From Dehalococcoidia bacterium (GTDB taxonomy: Bacteria; Chloroflexota; Dehalococcoidia; GIF9; AB-539-J10), in NCBI GenBank assembly GCA_030665785.1, contig DAOUZA010000001.1:1-63300 (forward strand): a stretch of 63,300 bases of DNA, in the 5' to 3' direction. Below, one piece after another: positions 21,385 through 30,844 of the stretch (positions are counted from its first letter, which is position 1; each line of letters opens with the position of its first letter). The notes under the pieces were generated by a model. The model did no database searches, was not told the DNA's origin, and saw only the letters and a list, made by a program, of their open reading frames with translations. The position numbers were made by a program, and so were the translations under genes.

Positions 21385-22386
21385 ATGAAAAAGTTTTTTG
21401 GAGTAGTAGTTGTCTTGCTACTGGCAGTAAGCTTTCTGGCGGCATGTGGGCCTGGGACGCCTGCTGAGTTTACGCTTTCCAGCGTGACTGTTTCGCCATC
21501 AGCGCCGGTTGTCAATGACACGGTTACTATCGGAACTACTGTCACCAATGCGGGGGAACAATCTGGCGATTGTGATGTTAGCTTAACCATTGGAGACTAC
21601 ACTGATAGCAAGTCTGTCAGCGCATTAGCCGGTGGTGCAAGCAGCAGCGTCAGCTTTAGTTACGCCGCAACAACTGCAGGCGACTACACTGCGACTCTCT
21701 CCACTCCTGATGACAGCAAGAGTAAGAGTTTCACTGTAAGTGAAGAGGGAGTCACACCACCCGAAGGGGGGGTGCCAGTCTTGTCTGTTGGTGACGAGTG
21801 GACATATGGTGTCTCGTATGCAGATCCAGGGGGGCTCACCGAACAAGATACTGGTGAATTAAGTGTCGCTATGGTAGATGAAGTAGAGGTGGGGGGAGAA
21901 GCTAGTTACCATCTCAGTGGCGCTTACGTTCCTCCGGGGACCCGCGATGCCACTCTACCCGGTCTAGTGTTAACCGTGGGCGACGCTGATATATGGACCA
22001 GCAAAGCCCATATGGAGTACCTGAAACAAAGTTCAGCAATCGCGCAGCTTCCCGGGTTACCATCCACCATCACCTGGACTTACACTGGAGACTATGGCTG
22101 GCCCTATGATGTCGGGAAGACCTGGAGCTACACAGCGCGCACTGTAGCTGGTCCTATAGATGAGAGTGTCGACAGGGAGAGTAAGGTACTTGAGATAGTG
22201 GATGTTACCGTGCCCGCGGGAACATTCAGTTGTTATCATATAGTGTCATACGACCCTGCAAGTCCGGACACCTATGCCAATGAGAACTGGGTCAACGCAA
22301 CGGTGAAATCCAATGTGAAGATGATAGTCCGCGACACCTGGGCTGGTGAAGAGACCATGGAGCTTTCATCCTACTCTGTTAGCTAA
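21385..22386 (+). CDS. secreted lipoprotein, N-terminal CARDB-like Ig domain plus uncharacterised C-terminal domain
   Basis: 333 aa. AAAGGAGG SD. Lipobox LAACG. A CARDB-like beta-sandwich stretch (VTVSPSAPVVNDTVTIGTTVTNAGEQSGD...). Followed by a terminator. Confidence 0.7.
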   Translation: MKKFFGVVVVLLLAVSFLAACGPGTPAEFTLSSVTVSPSAPVVNDTVTIGTTVTNAGEQSGDCDVSLTIGDYTDSKSVSALAGGASSSVSFSYAATTAGDYTATLSTPDDSKSKSFTVSEEGVTPPEGGVPVLSVGDEWTYGVSYADPGGLTEQDTGELSVAMVDEVEVGGEASYHLSGAYVPPGTRDATLPGLVLTVGDADIWTSKAHMEYLKQSSAIAQLPGLPSTITWTYTGDYGWPYDVGKTWSYTARTVAGPIDESVDRESKVLEIVDVTVPAGTFSCYHIVSYDPASPDTYANENWVNATVKSNVKMIVRDTWAGEETMELSSYSVS

Positions 22387-22412
22387 CTCACTAGTTAGTG
22401 TGTTTTAACAAA

Positions 22413-22454
22413 GTAGCGGTAGCTGTTTTGAACGGCTACCGCTGCTTTATTTCT
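22413..22454 (+). terminator. rho-independent terminator after the lipoprotein gene
   Basis: Stem GTAGCGGTAGC pairs with GCTACCGCTGC (one G-U pair), with an 11-nt loop, followed by TTTATTTCT. Confidence 0.65.
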
Positions 22455-22525
22455 GCATCAGTTTAATTAAACTTTTTTATCTCCCTTTATGCTCAAGAAT
22501 CAAGCCAATAATAGACAAAATCCCT

Positions 22526-22553
22526 TTAGGAATTTTATTGCGGGGGGTATAAT
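22526..22553 (+). promoter_or_regulatory. candidate dnaX promoter
   Basis: TTAGGA, a 16-nt spacer, then TATAAT (22548..22553). The ATG is 11 nt after the -10 and there is no SD, so the 5' UTR is very short. Confidence 0.4.
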
Positions 22554-22564
22554 AAACATATCAT

Positions 22565-24106
22565 ATGGGGTTTGAAGTTTTTTATCGTAAGTGGCGGCCG
22601 CAGAGTTTTGCTGAAGTAGTGGGGCAGGAGCCGATAACCAGGACTTTGCGTCGTGCTGTGGAGAGTGGGGAAGTAGCCCATGCTTATCTTTTCTGTGGTC
22701 CCCGAGGCACTGGCAAAACAAGCACAGGTCGTATTTTAGCCAAGGCTATTAATTGCCCCAATCAAAAGGGCGGTGAACCATGTAATAACTGTGATATTTG
22801 CCGCTCCATTACCGGGGGAAGTTCTCTGGATGTAATGGAGATAGATGCTGCCAGCAACCGTGGCATTGATGAGATTCGCAATCTCAGGGAGAGGGTGAGT
22901 TATGCTGCCAGCATCACCCGTTACAAGGTATACATCATAGACGAAGTGCACATGCTTACCGAGGCAGCTTCTAACGCCCTACTGAAGACTTTGGAGGAGC
23001 CACCACCTCATGTTATTTTTGTCTTAGCTACCACTGAGCCACACAAGGTGATACCCACAGTAATATCGAGATGCCAGCGGTTTAACTTTTGTCGCCTGGG
23101 ACAATCAGCGATAGTAGATAAGCTGGGGATGATATGCCAGAAAGAAGATATCCAGATTGAGCCTGAATCTCTGAGGGCTGTCGCCCGAGCCGCTACGGGG
23201 AGTCTTCGTGACGCTGAGAATTTAATGCAGCAATTGGTGGGCTACCATGGTCGCAAGATTGACTTTGAACAGGTTCAGGCAGCTCTGGGGTTAACCAGCG
23301 ATTTAAGGGTCAAGCAATTGGCAAAGCACATCATCAACAGGGATATTTCCGCTGGTCTTCAGGTTATCAACAGCGTCAACAGCGATGGCGTTGACCTTCG
23401 CTTATTTAATCGGGAACTTGTGGAGTATTTTCGGGGTTTATTGTTAGCTAAATCCAATTGTGAAGAAGCGATAGATGTTACCCATGAAGATTTAGATGAA
23501 ATGAAGGAAACAGTAGCCAATATTAAGCTGGATTACTTATTAAAAGCGATTAAATCCTTTGCGGGAATAGATTTTCGCGGTGATAGTTATTCTGTTTTGC
23601 CGTTAGAGATGGCATTGATGGATTGTGTTTTGTCCTTTACCGATGGGCAGCAGGTTACCATCGATAGACCTTTGGAAATTGCAAAAGCTACCTTGCCGCA
23701 GAGTTCTGAAGAATTCAGGGAGGAGCCTAGTCCCTTTGGGGAAAAAGTTGAACAGAGCGAAGGCATCAGCTATGTGCAGGCTCAGTGGAAAGAGTTTATC
23801 AATTCTTTGAAAGGCGAAGGTTCTAATGGCAATCTAGATGCCTTTTTACGTAGTGCTTGCGAGCCAGTGGCGGTGGAGGATGATACCCTGGTATTGGGTT
23901 TTTACTATGCTTTCCATAAGGAAAAGATCGAAGACCCCAAATATCAGCATCTGGTAGAAAGGAAGCTTAAGGAATTTTTCCACCAGCCCAGTAAAATAAG
24001 GTGTATTCTGGTTGAGCGTAAGAAAAAGGCTCCTACTTCACTAAGGACGGAAAATCCGGTAATCAAGGCTGCCATAGAAATGGGTGCTAGAATTGTGGAC
24101 CAATAA
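22565..24106 (+). CDS. dnaX: DNA polymerase III subunit gamma/tau
   Basis: 513 aa. GPRGTGKTS, Zn module CNNCDIC, DEVHML and SRCQRF. Confidence 0.95.
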   Translation: MGFEVFYRKWRPQSFAEVVGQEPITRTLRRAVESGEVAHAYLFCGPRGTGKTSTGRILAKAINCPNQKGGEPCNNCDICRSITGGSSLDVMEIDAASNRGIDEIRNLRERVSYAASITRYKVYIIDEVHMLTEAASNALLKTLEEPPPHVIFVLATTEPHKVIPTVISRCQRFNFCRLGQSAIVDKLGMICQKEDIQIEPESLRAVARAATGSLRDAENLMQQLVGYHGRKIDFEQVQAALGLTSDLRVKQLAKHIINRDISAGLQVINSVNSDGVDLRLFNRELVEYFRGLLLAKSNCEEAIDVTHEDLDEMKETVANIKLDYLLKAIKSFAGIDFRGDSYSVLPLEMALMDCVLSFTDGQQVTIDRPLEIAKATLPQSSEEFREEPSPFGEKVEQSEGISYVQAQWKEFINSLKGEGSNGNLDAFLRSACEPVAVEDDTLVLGFYYAFHKEKIEDPKYQHLVERKLKEFFHQPSKIRCILVERKKKAPTSLRTENPVIKAAIEMGARIVDQ

Positions 24107-24115
24107 ATTGAGAAG

Positions 24116-24427
24116 ATGAAAATAGATAAATCGGTATTGCGGCAGGCGCAGCAGCTTCAGGCGAAGTTAGCTAAAGTCCAGCAGGAATTAGAGAACATTA
24201 CTGTAGAGGCTACCAGTGGGGGTAGCGCAGTCAAAGTGGTGATTGATGGGCACCAGAGGATTCGCTCCGTGGAAATATCACCGGAGGTAGTGGATGCTGA
24301 AGACACTGAAATGCTCCAGGACTTAGTTATGGCAGCGGTTAATGAAGCTATTACTAAGTCACAGGAACTCGCTAAAGAGCATCTTGGCAGTCTGACCGGC
24401 GGGCTTAATTTACCGGGAATTCTTTAA
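24116..24427 (+). CDS. ybaB: YbaB/EbfC family nucleoid-associated protein
   Basis: 103 aa. Conserved dnaX-ybaB-recR gene order and the typical coiled N-terminus QAQQLQAKLAKVQQEL. Confidence 0.9.
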   Translation: MKIDKSVLRQAQQLQAKLAKVQQELENITVEATSGGSAVKVVIDGHQRIRSVEISPEVVDAEDTEMLQDLVMAAVNEAITKSQELAKEHLGSLTGGLNLPGIL

Positions 24428-24430
24428 CAG

Positions 24431-25030
24431 ATGTCATTCGTTGCTGAGCCCATAGCTAACTTAATCCAGGAATTTAGCAAATTACCGGGCATTGGTCCTA
24501 AGAGTGCTCAAAGGTTAGTTTACTATTTGCTGCGCAATTCAAATGAGGAAGTCAAAGCCTTAGCCGAGGCTATCCTGGAGCTTAAAGAAAAGATAAGGCT
24601 CTGTTCAATTTGTTTTAATATCACCGATTGCGACCCTTGCGTTATTTGCCAGGATAAAGAGCGCGATCATTCTAAAATTTGTGTTGTGGAGGAACCGTCG
24701 GATATCCCGCCTTTAGAGCGAACCGGGAAATACCGGGGTATGTATCATGTGCTTCATGGAACCATTAACCCATCGCAGGGCATAGCCCCTGAGCAGTTGA
24801 GGATAAATGAATTACTATCTCGGCTTCAGGATGGTTCGGTTAGTGAGGTCATTCTAGCGACCAATCCTAATCTGGAGGGCGAAACGACGGCGTTATATTT
24901 GCGTCGTGTCCTCGCACCGCTGCATGTTCATATCAGCCGTCTGGCTCGGGGGTTACCATTCGGTGGTGAGCTGGAGTATGCTGATGACGTGACGCTTGCT
25001 CAAGCACTGGAGAGCAGACGGGAATTTTAA
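24431..25030 (+). CDS. recR: recombination protein RecR
   Basis: 199 aa. HhH LPGIGPKSAQRL, C4 finger CSICFNITDCDPCVIC and a Toprim region. Confidence 0.95.
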   Translation: MSFVAEPIANLIQEFSKLPGIGPKSAQRLVYYLLRNSNEEVKALAEAILELKEKIRLCSICFNITDCDPCVICQDKERDHSKICVVEEPSDIPPLERTGKYRGMYHVLHGTINPSQGIAPEQLRINELLSRLQDGSVSEVILATNPNLEGETTALYLRRVLAPLHVHISRLARGLPFGGELEYADDVTLAQALESRREF

Positions 25031-25039
25031 AAGCTACCA

Positions 25040-25828
25040 ATGACATCTCCTCATACTTATCAGGCTCAAGCTATCGTCATTAAGCAGACCAAGATTGGTG
25101 AGGCTGACAAGGTTGTTACTCTTTATACTTTGGAGTTCGGCAAGCTAAAGGCAGTGGCTAAAGGGGCATGTCGTCCTGGAAGTAAGTTAGGCGGCAATGT
25201 AGAACCACCAAATTATTGTGTGGTAATGCTAGCTAAAGGACGTAACCTGGATATTATCACTCAAAGCCAAACTATGGATGGATTTTTGAGAGTGAAAGGC
25301 GACCTATGGTGCATCTCCTGTAGTACTTACATCTTAGAACTCGTTGATGCTTTTACTACTGAAGGTAGTCCCAACCAGCCACTGTTTGAGCTGTTGCTTG
25401 ATGCCTTGAAAAATCTATCTCTGAGCGATGGCGACGAAACTGTACTGCGATATTTTGAGCTTCATCTTCTTCAGCATCTTGGCTATCGTCCTCAGTTACG
25501 TAGATGTGTCGTCTGTAATTCACCTCTTAAGCTAGGGGTTAATTTTTTTAGTCCCGGCCAGGGAGGGGCACTGTGTTCTGGATGTAATCACGAGGAATTT
25601 GCCTCTCATCCTATTTCAATTGATGCCTTAAAAGTTCTTCGGCTGTGGCAGGATTGTGACTATGCTACTGCCAGCCGGGTAAAAATGTCTGCGAAGCTAT
25701 CTTCAGAATTGAGGCTGCTAATGCAGAAGTATATAACATATCTTTTGCAAAGGGAGGTTAAATCGATGGCTTGGTTAGAGGAGCTAAAGAGAGGGTTTGG
25801 TGTTGACAGTAATCGCGGTGTACATTAA
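25040..25828 (+). CDS. recO: DNA repair protein RecO
   Basis: 262 aa. OB-fold N-terminus and Zn motif CVVCNS...CSGC. Confidence 0.88.
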   Translation: MTSPHTYQAQAIVIKQTKIGEADKVVTLYTLEFGKLKAVAKGACRPGSKLGGNVEPPNYCVVMLAKGRNLDIITQSQTMDGFLRVKGDLWCISCSTYILELVDAFTTEGSPNQPLFELLLDALKNLSLSDGDETVLRYFELHLLQHLGYRPQLRRCVVCNSPLKLGVNFFSPGQGGALCSGCNHEEFASHPISIDALKVLRLWQDCDYATASRVKMSAKLSSELRLLMQKYITYLLQREVKSMAWLEELKRGFGVDSNRGVH

Positions 25829-25875
25829 AATCGCCAAGCAATTAAAAAGCCACTGATATATGGTGGGGCTTTATT

Positions 25876-27414
25876 TTGGAAACTAATTGGCGACCTAAGC
25901 TGGGGGACAAGTTTATACGCCGCCCTCGAGCCAAAACTCACCCTTTAAAACGCGTCCTGGGCGCATTTGGGTTATTCAGCGCTGGCTACGGTAATGTTGG
26001 CTCATCCATTTACTATGCCTTAGGGCTTGTAGCTTTAATTGCTTTGGGGGCAACCCCGGTAGTGTTATTTATTGCCGGGATTTTCTTCATCTTTACCGCC
26101 CTTTCTTATGCTGAAGGCACAGCAATGATACCTGAGGCTGGTGGTTCAGCCAGTTTTGCTCGCCGTGGCTTTAATGACTTATTTGGCTCCATAACTGGTT
26201 GGGCACTGGTATTTAGCTATATCGTAACCATTGCCATTTCCGCCTACACTGCCCCGGCTTATCTGGGATATTTTTGGCAACCACTTACAGCGCCAGTAGC
26301 AGGCACGATTGCTGCTATGGGAATCATTTTTTTCCTGATGTGCCTCAATATCATTGGTGTTAAGCAGTCATCAATTTTTAATACTGCCTTTGCTATACTG
26401 GATGTGCTTACCCAGATACTTATTATACTGCTGGCGATATTGTTCATTTTTGCTCCGCACCCTCAAATCTTCTCTCAGAATGTCATCGGTAACTGGCCTT
26501 CAGCGCATAATCTAATCCTGGGCATCGCTATAGCCACCCTGGCTTATACTGGAGTGGAGACAGTATCGCAGCTTTCTGAGGAAGCAAGGCATCCTGCTAT
26601 AACTGCTCCTAGAGCGTTAATCTTGATGATAGCCGTGGTGATGATTTTATTCACTGGCATATCTGTAGCGGCCTTTTCCACTATGACACCGACCGAGATG
26701 GCTTTAGAATGGGCAAGAGACCCTATAGCCGGCATCGCCTATGGGCTTTCGGTAGCCATAGTCCCTGAGGAGGTAGCTGCAGGGTTGTCATCGAGCCCGG
26801 CAGGGATTATCGTCATTACCGCCATTTTCGCAGGGATTCTCAAGATTCTACCCGCATTAGTAGCGATATTGGCAACGACTATCTTGATTATCGCTACCAA
26901 TGCCGGGCTTATGGGGATTTCCAGGTTAACTTTTTCCCTGGGGAGGTTTCAGCTTATACCATTGGCATTCTCAAGAGTTCATCATAAATTTAAGACGCCT
27001 TATAGAGCGATAATCTTTTTTTCCTTAGTTGCTCTGTTGCTGCTCATTCCAGGATTCTTTGCTCCTGATACTTTTATCATATTGGGTGGTCTGTATGTTT
27101 TTGGTTCCCTCCTCGCTTTCAGTCTCGCTCATGCCTCCATACTCAGGTTGCGGATAAGGCATCCCGAGCTCTCTCGTCCTTTTAAGCTTCGGGGGAATAT
27201 CAAGTTTAAGGGATGTGAATTGCCCGTCACAGCTATTCTCGGACTAGTGTTTTCCAGTGCTATTTGGCTCACAGTGGTTATGACACAACCTTATACACGT
27301 TGGGTTGGATTCGGTTGGATGCTCTTTGGGCTTATTTTTTACCTCACATTTCGCCATCGAAAGAGATTACCGTTGATTCAAGCAGCTCGAGAAATTAAAC
27401 TTCCTGTTGACTAA
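25876..27414 (+). CDS. APC-superfamily amino acid/polyamine permease
   Basis: 512 aa with ~12 predicted TM segments. TTG start with GGTGGGG upstream, and no in-frame ATG nearby. Confidence 0.82.
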   Translation: METNWRPKLGDKFIRRPRAKTHPLKRVLGAFGLFSAGYGNVGSSIYYALGLVALIALGATPVVLFIAGIFFIFTALSYAEGTAMIPEAGGSASFARRGFNDLFGSITGWALVFSYIVTIAISAYTAPAYLGYFWQPLTAPVAGTIAAMGIIFFLMCLNIIGVKQSSIFNTAFAILDVLTQILIILLAILFIFAPHPQIFSQNVIGNWPSAHNLILGIAIATLAYTGVETVSQLSEEARHPAITAPRALILMIAVVMILFTGISVAAFSTMTPTEMALEWARDPIAGIAYGLSVAIVPEEVAAGLSSSPAGIIVITAIFAGILKILPALVAILATTILIIATNAGLMGISRLTFSLGRFQLIPLAFSRVHHKFKTPYRAIIFFSLVALLLLIPGFFAPDTFIILGGLYVFGSLLAFSLAHASILRLRIRHPELSRPFKLRGNIKFKGCELPVTAILGLVFSSAIWLTVVMTQPYTRWVGFGWMLFGLIFYLTFRHRKRLPLIQAAREIKLPVD

Positions 27415-27444
27415 AAAAGGATAGCAAGTTAATATCTCCAGTTG

Positions 27445-27873
27445 ATGATGGCGATAAAGAACATTTTAGTGCCTACGAATGGCGGTGGTGCCGATGGGGA
27501 GATTATAAAGCTAGCTTGCAGTTTAGCCAGGAGGTCTAAAGCAAAAGTCTACGCTGTTTATATTATTGAGGTAGAGCGAAGCCTCTCTTTAGATACCCAG
27601 GTCGATTCAGAGACCGAGAAAGCGGAGAAAATACTTACACAGGCTGAGGATACTGCTGCTGAGGCGGATTACGACGTAGAGACTGATTTACTCCAGGCTC
27701 GAGATGCTGGGCCGGCTATTGTTAATGAGGCTGTGGAAAGAGGGGTAGATTTAATAATAATGGCGACTACTTATAAGAAACCACATGGTGTACCTGATCT
27801 AGGCAAGGCTGTCTATTATGTGTTGAAAGAAGCTCCTTGTCGAGTCTTATTGTATCGGGACTCCGTTTCTTGA
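27445..27873 (+). CDS. universal stress protein (UspA family)
   Basis: ~142 aa. The track start is TTG 27442, and ATG 27445 is preferred. USP fold pattern ILVPTNG...VYAVYIIEV...DLIIMAT. Confidence 0.85.
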   Translation: MMAIKNILVPTNGGGADGEIIKLACSLARRSKAKVYAVYIIEVERSLSLDTQVDSETEKAEKILTQAEDTAAEADYDVETDLLQARDAGPAIVNEAVERGVDLIIMATTYKKPHGVPDLGKAVYYVLKEAPCRVLLYRDSVS

Positions 27874-27882
27874 AGATAAACA

Positions 27883-28281
27883 GTGAATATAATTATTATG
27901 GGCTGTGGACGTGTAGGAGCTGAATTAGCTCATTTGCTTGATGCTGAAGGGCATAAAGTAACCGTTATCGATGTAGAGAGTGATAGGTTTGACGAATTAC
28001 CGCCTGATTTTAGTGGTATGGCTTTTTTGGGAGATGCTACTGATGAGGAAATACTTAGGAAGGCAGGTATGGAACAGGCTGATGCTTTTGTAGCAGTGAC
28101 TCGCGATGATGAACGCAATGCTATGGCAGCTCAAATTGCTAAACAGATATTCAATGTTCCCAGGGTATTATGTCGAATCTATGACCCATTGCGAGAGGAT
28201 TTTTATAGTGGATTAGGTCTTGAGGCTATAAGCCCCACAAGAGTATTTGTTCGCCTGCTAAAGGAAAGACTGGGAGAATAA
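27883..28281 (+). CDS. RCK/TrkA-N (NAD-binding) domain protein
   Basis: 132 aa. GTG start. Rossmann motif IIIMGCGRVG. No TrkA-C domain. Confidence 0.8.
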   Translation: MNIIIMGCGRVGAELAHLLDAEGHKVTVIDVESDRFDELPPDFSGMAFLGDATDEEILRKAGMEQADAFVAVTRDDERNAMAAQIAKQIFNVPRVLCRIYDPLREDFYSGLGLEAISPTRVFVRLLKERLGE

Positions 28282-28292
28282 CCGAGGCGGCG

Positions 28293-28955
28293 ATGTACAT
28301 TATAGTCGTTGGTGGTGGGGAGGTGGGGCATTGTCTATGTAAGCAATTGCTTGATGAAGGGCATGAAGTATTGGTGATTGAAAAGGATGCCAAGAAGTGT
28401 GAGCATATTGAAGAGGAACTTGGTGACATATGTTTGCATGGTGATGCTTCTGAGATAACTATTTTGAACAAAGCGGGGATAACCAGAGCAGAGATGGTTA
28501 TCGCTGTTACTGGTGAAGACGAGGATAACTTAGCAGCGTGTCAAATAGCTAAACAAAAGTTTAATGTTCCTCGGGTTATCGCTAGGATTAGCACTCCCAG
28601 GAATGAGAAGATATTTGCCAAATTAGGAGTAGAATGCACTGTAGATGCTGTGGACATTATTTCGGAGCATATTAAAGCGGAGACCATGCTCTTCCCCTTG
28701 ACCCGCTTATTTAGCATTAGAGACCGGGGATTGGAAGTTGTGCTTGTGAGAGTAGGGAGGAATTCACCGGCAGTGGGGAAGCCGATTGGGGAACTATCAT
28801 TGCCATTAGGCTCTGTTATATCACTGGTAATCCGTCAGGGGGAAGAATCTGAGATACCAACTGCGGACGTTGTTTTAAAAGAGGGTAGCCAGCTCATCTG
28901 CTTGGTTCCTACTGAAAATATAGACTCATTTCAAGCTATATTTAAAGAGAGTTAA
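28293..28955 (+). CDS. TrkA/KtrA-like RCK protein (TrkA-N plus TrkA-C)
   Basis: 220 aa. IIVVGGGEVG plus a C-terminal TrkA-C-like region. Confidence 0.85.
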   Translation: MYIIVVGGGEVGHCLCKQLLDEGHEVLVIEKDAKKCEHIEEELGDICLHGDASEITILNKAGITRAEMVIAVTGEDEDNLAACQIAKQKFNVPRVIARISTPRNEKIFAKLGVECTVDAVDIISEHIKAETMLFPLTRLFSIRDRGLEVVLVRVGRNSPAVGKPIGELSLPLGSVISLVIRQGEESEIPTADVVLKEGSQLICLVPTENIDSFQAIFKES

Positions 28956-28961
28956 TCCGCG

Positions 28962-29780
28962 ATGTCCAAAGTTGCATTTCAGGGGGAAAGAGGCGCTTTT
29001 AGCGAAGACGCAGTAGTAAAGTTTTTCGGTGAGGGCGCTGCTCTTTTGCCTTGTGCTCGGCTTAGAGATGTTTTCCAGACTGTGTTGGAAGACAAGGCTA
29101 ATTTTGGAGTAGTGCCAGTGGAAAATTCACAAGCAGGTAGCATTAACGAAACTTATGACTTGCTGTTAGAATACCCCCTTAATATATTTGCTGAAATTAT
29201 CCTCAGGATAAGCCATTGTTTAATGGCTTTACCAGGTGAAAGTCTAGGTAGCATAAAAACGATTTATTCACATCCTCAAGCCCTGGCTCAATGTGAACAA
29301 TTTTTAAGAAAATTGAAGGTCAACATAATACCTGGCTACGACACTGCGGGCAGTGCCAAGATGATAAATGAAGGCGAGTTAAAGGGATGTGCGGCTGTGG
29401 CTAGCAAAAGGGCTGCCGATATTTATGGTTTGCAGATTTTAGCCCCTGAAATAGAAAATAACATGGATAACTACACTAAATTTTTCGCCATTTCCAAGCA
29501 GGAATCCAAGCTAACGCGGAAGAACAAGACCTCTCTGGTCTTCGGCACGAAGAACATGCCTGGTGCACTCTACTCTGCGTTGGGAATCTTTGCTACCAAA
29601 AATATAAACCTGACGAAATTAGAATCAAGGCCAAGCAAAAGTAAACCTTGGGAATACATATTCTATGTTGATTTTGAAGGTCACTTAGGTGGCAAAATTT
29701 ACCGGGAAGCGATAGAGAGGCTAAAACAGGAAGCTACTTTTATTAAGATACTGGGTTCTTATCCTCAATGGGAACAATGA
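28962..29780 (+). CDS. pheA: prephenate dehydratase
   Basis: 272 aa. PDT domain plus an ACT domain with LTKLESRPSK. Confidence 0.9.
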   Translation: MSKVAFQGERGAFSEDAVVKFFGEGAALLPCARLRDVFQTVLEDKANFGVVPVENSQAGSINETYDLLLEYPLNIFAEIILRISHCLMALPGESLGSIKTIYSHPQALAQCEQFLRKLKVNIIPGYDTAGSAKMINEGELKGCAAVASKRAADIYGLQILAPEIENNMDNYTKFFAISKQESKLTRKNKTSLVFGTKNMPGALYSALGIFATKNINLTKLESRPSKSKPWEYIFYVDFEGHLGGKIYREAIERLKQEATFIKILGSYPQWEQ

Positions 29781-30257
29781 TTAGATTAACCCAGCCTTTA
29801 GCTTCCGATAAGTATCAGCCAGTGCCTCTGAGATAACCCTTGTGTCACTCAATACCGGCATAAAATTAACATCGCCTTCCCACCGAGGCACTATATGAGT
29901 ATGGAGATGCCCTTCGATGCCAGCACCGGCAACGCTGCCTAGATTTAGCCCAATATTGAAACCCGTGGGCTTCATTATCTCCGTTAAAAGCTCAATGCTT
30001 TTCTTGACCATGGTGAAGTGCTCTTTGGCTTCGTCATCGGTTAAATTTTGAAGGTTTGCTATATGTCGGTAGGGTGCTACCATCACGTGCCCCGGGTTAT
30101 AGGGAAAGGCATTTAGCATTATGAAATTGGTTCGCCCACGTTGGAGGATGAAATTTGCTTCATCATTATTCTCTTTAGGTTTTTGGCAAAGGATGCAGCC
30201 TTCCTCCTTAGCTTTTTGTATGTATTCTATCCTCCAGGGCGCCCAGATTTGCTCCAT
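29781..30257 (-). CDS. HIT family protein
   Basis: 158 aa. Histidine triad HLHTHIVPRW. Its stop abuts the pheA stop with 0 nt between them. Confidence 0.88.
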   Translation of the reverse strand: MEQIWAPWRIEYIQKAKEEGCILCQKPKENNDEANFILQRGRTNFIMLNAFPYNPGHVMVAPYRHIANLQNLTDDEAKEHFTMVKKSIELLTEIMKPTGFNIGLNLGSVAGAGIEGHLHTHIVPRWEGDVNFMPVLSDTRVISEALADTYRKLKAGLI

Positions 30258-30339
30258 TGCTTTGAAGGGATGTTACCCTCTCGAGAGGTGAATTGCAATA
30301 TTCTGTACTGGTTCATAGGATTAGTGACACTTTAACTTC

Positions 30340-30392
30340 CTTCGTCGTCATTGTGAGGAGCCCGAACAAAATGAGGGCGACGAAGCAATCTC
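30340..30392. repeat. hairpin repeat of the cattg.gag...gaagcaatctc family
   Basis: CTTCGTCGtcattgtgaggagcccgaacaaaatgagggCGACGAAGcaatctc. Confidence 0.75.
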
Positions 30393-30405
30393 TCACCCTG
30401 CAGAG

Positions 30406-30560
30406 AAATCCTAAATCTCAAGCACTAAGCCCTAAACAAATCCTAACATCTAAATTCAAAGCTCAAAATCCCTTTGGTCATTGGAAATTTGAACATTTGA
30501 TGTTGTTTAGAGTTTTAATTTTTGCTTTGTCATTTTGCATTTTGATTTTTGCCTTTGATA
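30406..30560. repeat. AT-rich imperfect inverted repeat (MITE-like hairpin)
   Basis: The left arm 30432..30460 (ctaaacaaatcctaacatctaaattcaaa) pairs with the right arm 30488..30510 (tttgaacatttgatgttgtttag), with a 6-nt indel. Confidence 0.6.
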
Positions 30561-30571
30561 TAACTTAACCT

Positions 30572-30844
30572 ATGTATAGTATGGAACTTGCTCCGTCACT
30601 TTCGCATTGCATAGAGACTGTAGCTAAAGAAACATACTGGAATTTGGTAAATAAGTATATGGAGGGTGAAGCAGGGGATAAAGAGCTTGCCAGGCAAATT
30701 GAGCTTCTTAAAGCCTTTCTGGAAACAATGGATTTCAGAAAACTTCGCAGCGAAAGCGAGAAATATTTGATTCAAGGAAAGACGGTTAAATTTATGATTT
30801 ATTGGCGAGGTGATAAACCGAGCTACGATATGGTGGTAAGCTAG
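30572..30844 (+). CDS. hypothetical protein
   Basis: 90-aa ORF only, with no motif I recognise. Overlaps the convergent ispF stop by 4 nt. Confidence 0.35.
   Translation: MYSMELAPSLSHCIETVAKETYWNLVNKYMEGEAGDKELARQIELLKAFLETMDFRKLRSESEKYLIQGKTVKFMIYWRGDKPSYDMVVS

Noticed and set aside
22440-22564. SRP RNA (ffs/scRNA) upstream of dnaX, as in Bacillus
   Set aside because: The 120-nt interval is AT-rich and contains only a terminator tail and a promoter-like TATAAT. There is no GC-rich Alu or S-domain helix.
25838-25875. Hairpin AAGCCAC...GTGGGGCTT plus T-run as a recO terminator
   Set aside because: The stem is imperfect, and its 3' arm (GGTGGGG) is better explained as the SD for the TTG start of the permease at 25876.
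30293-30568. 91-aa ORF
   Set aside because: It runs straight through the GC-rich hairpin and the AT-rich inverted repeat. Its low-complexity peptide is typical of translated repeat elements.
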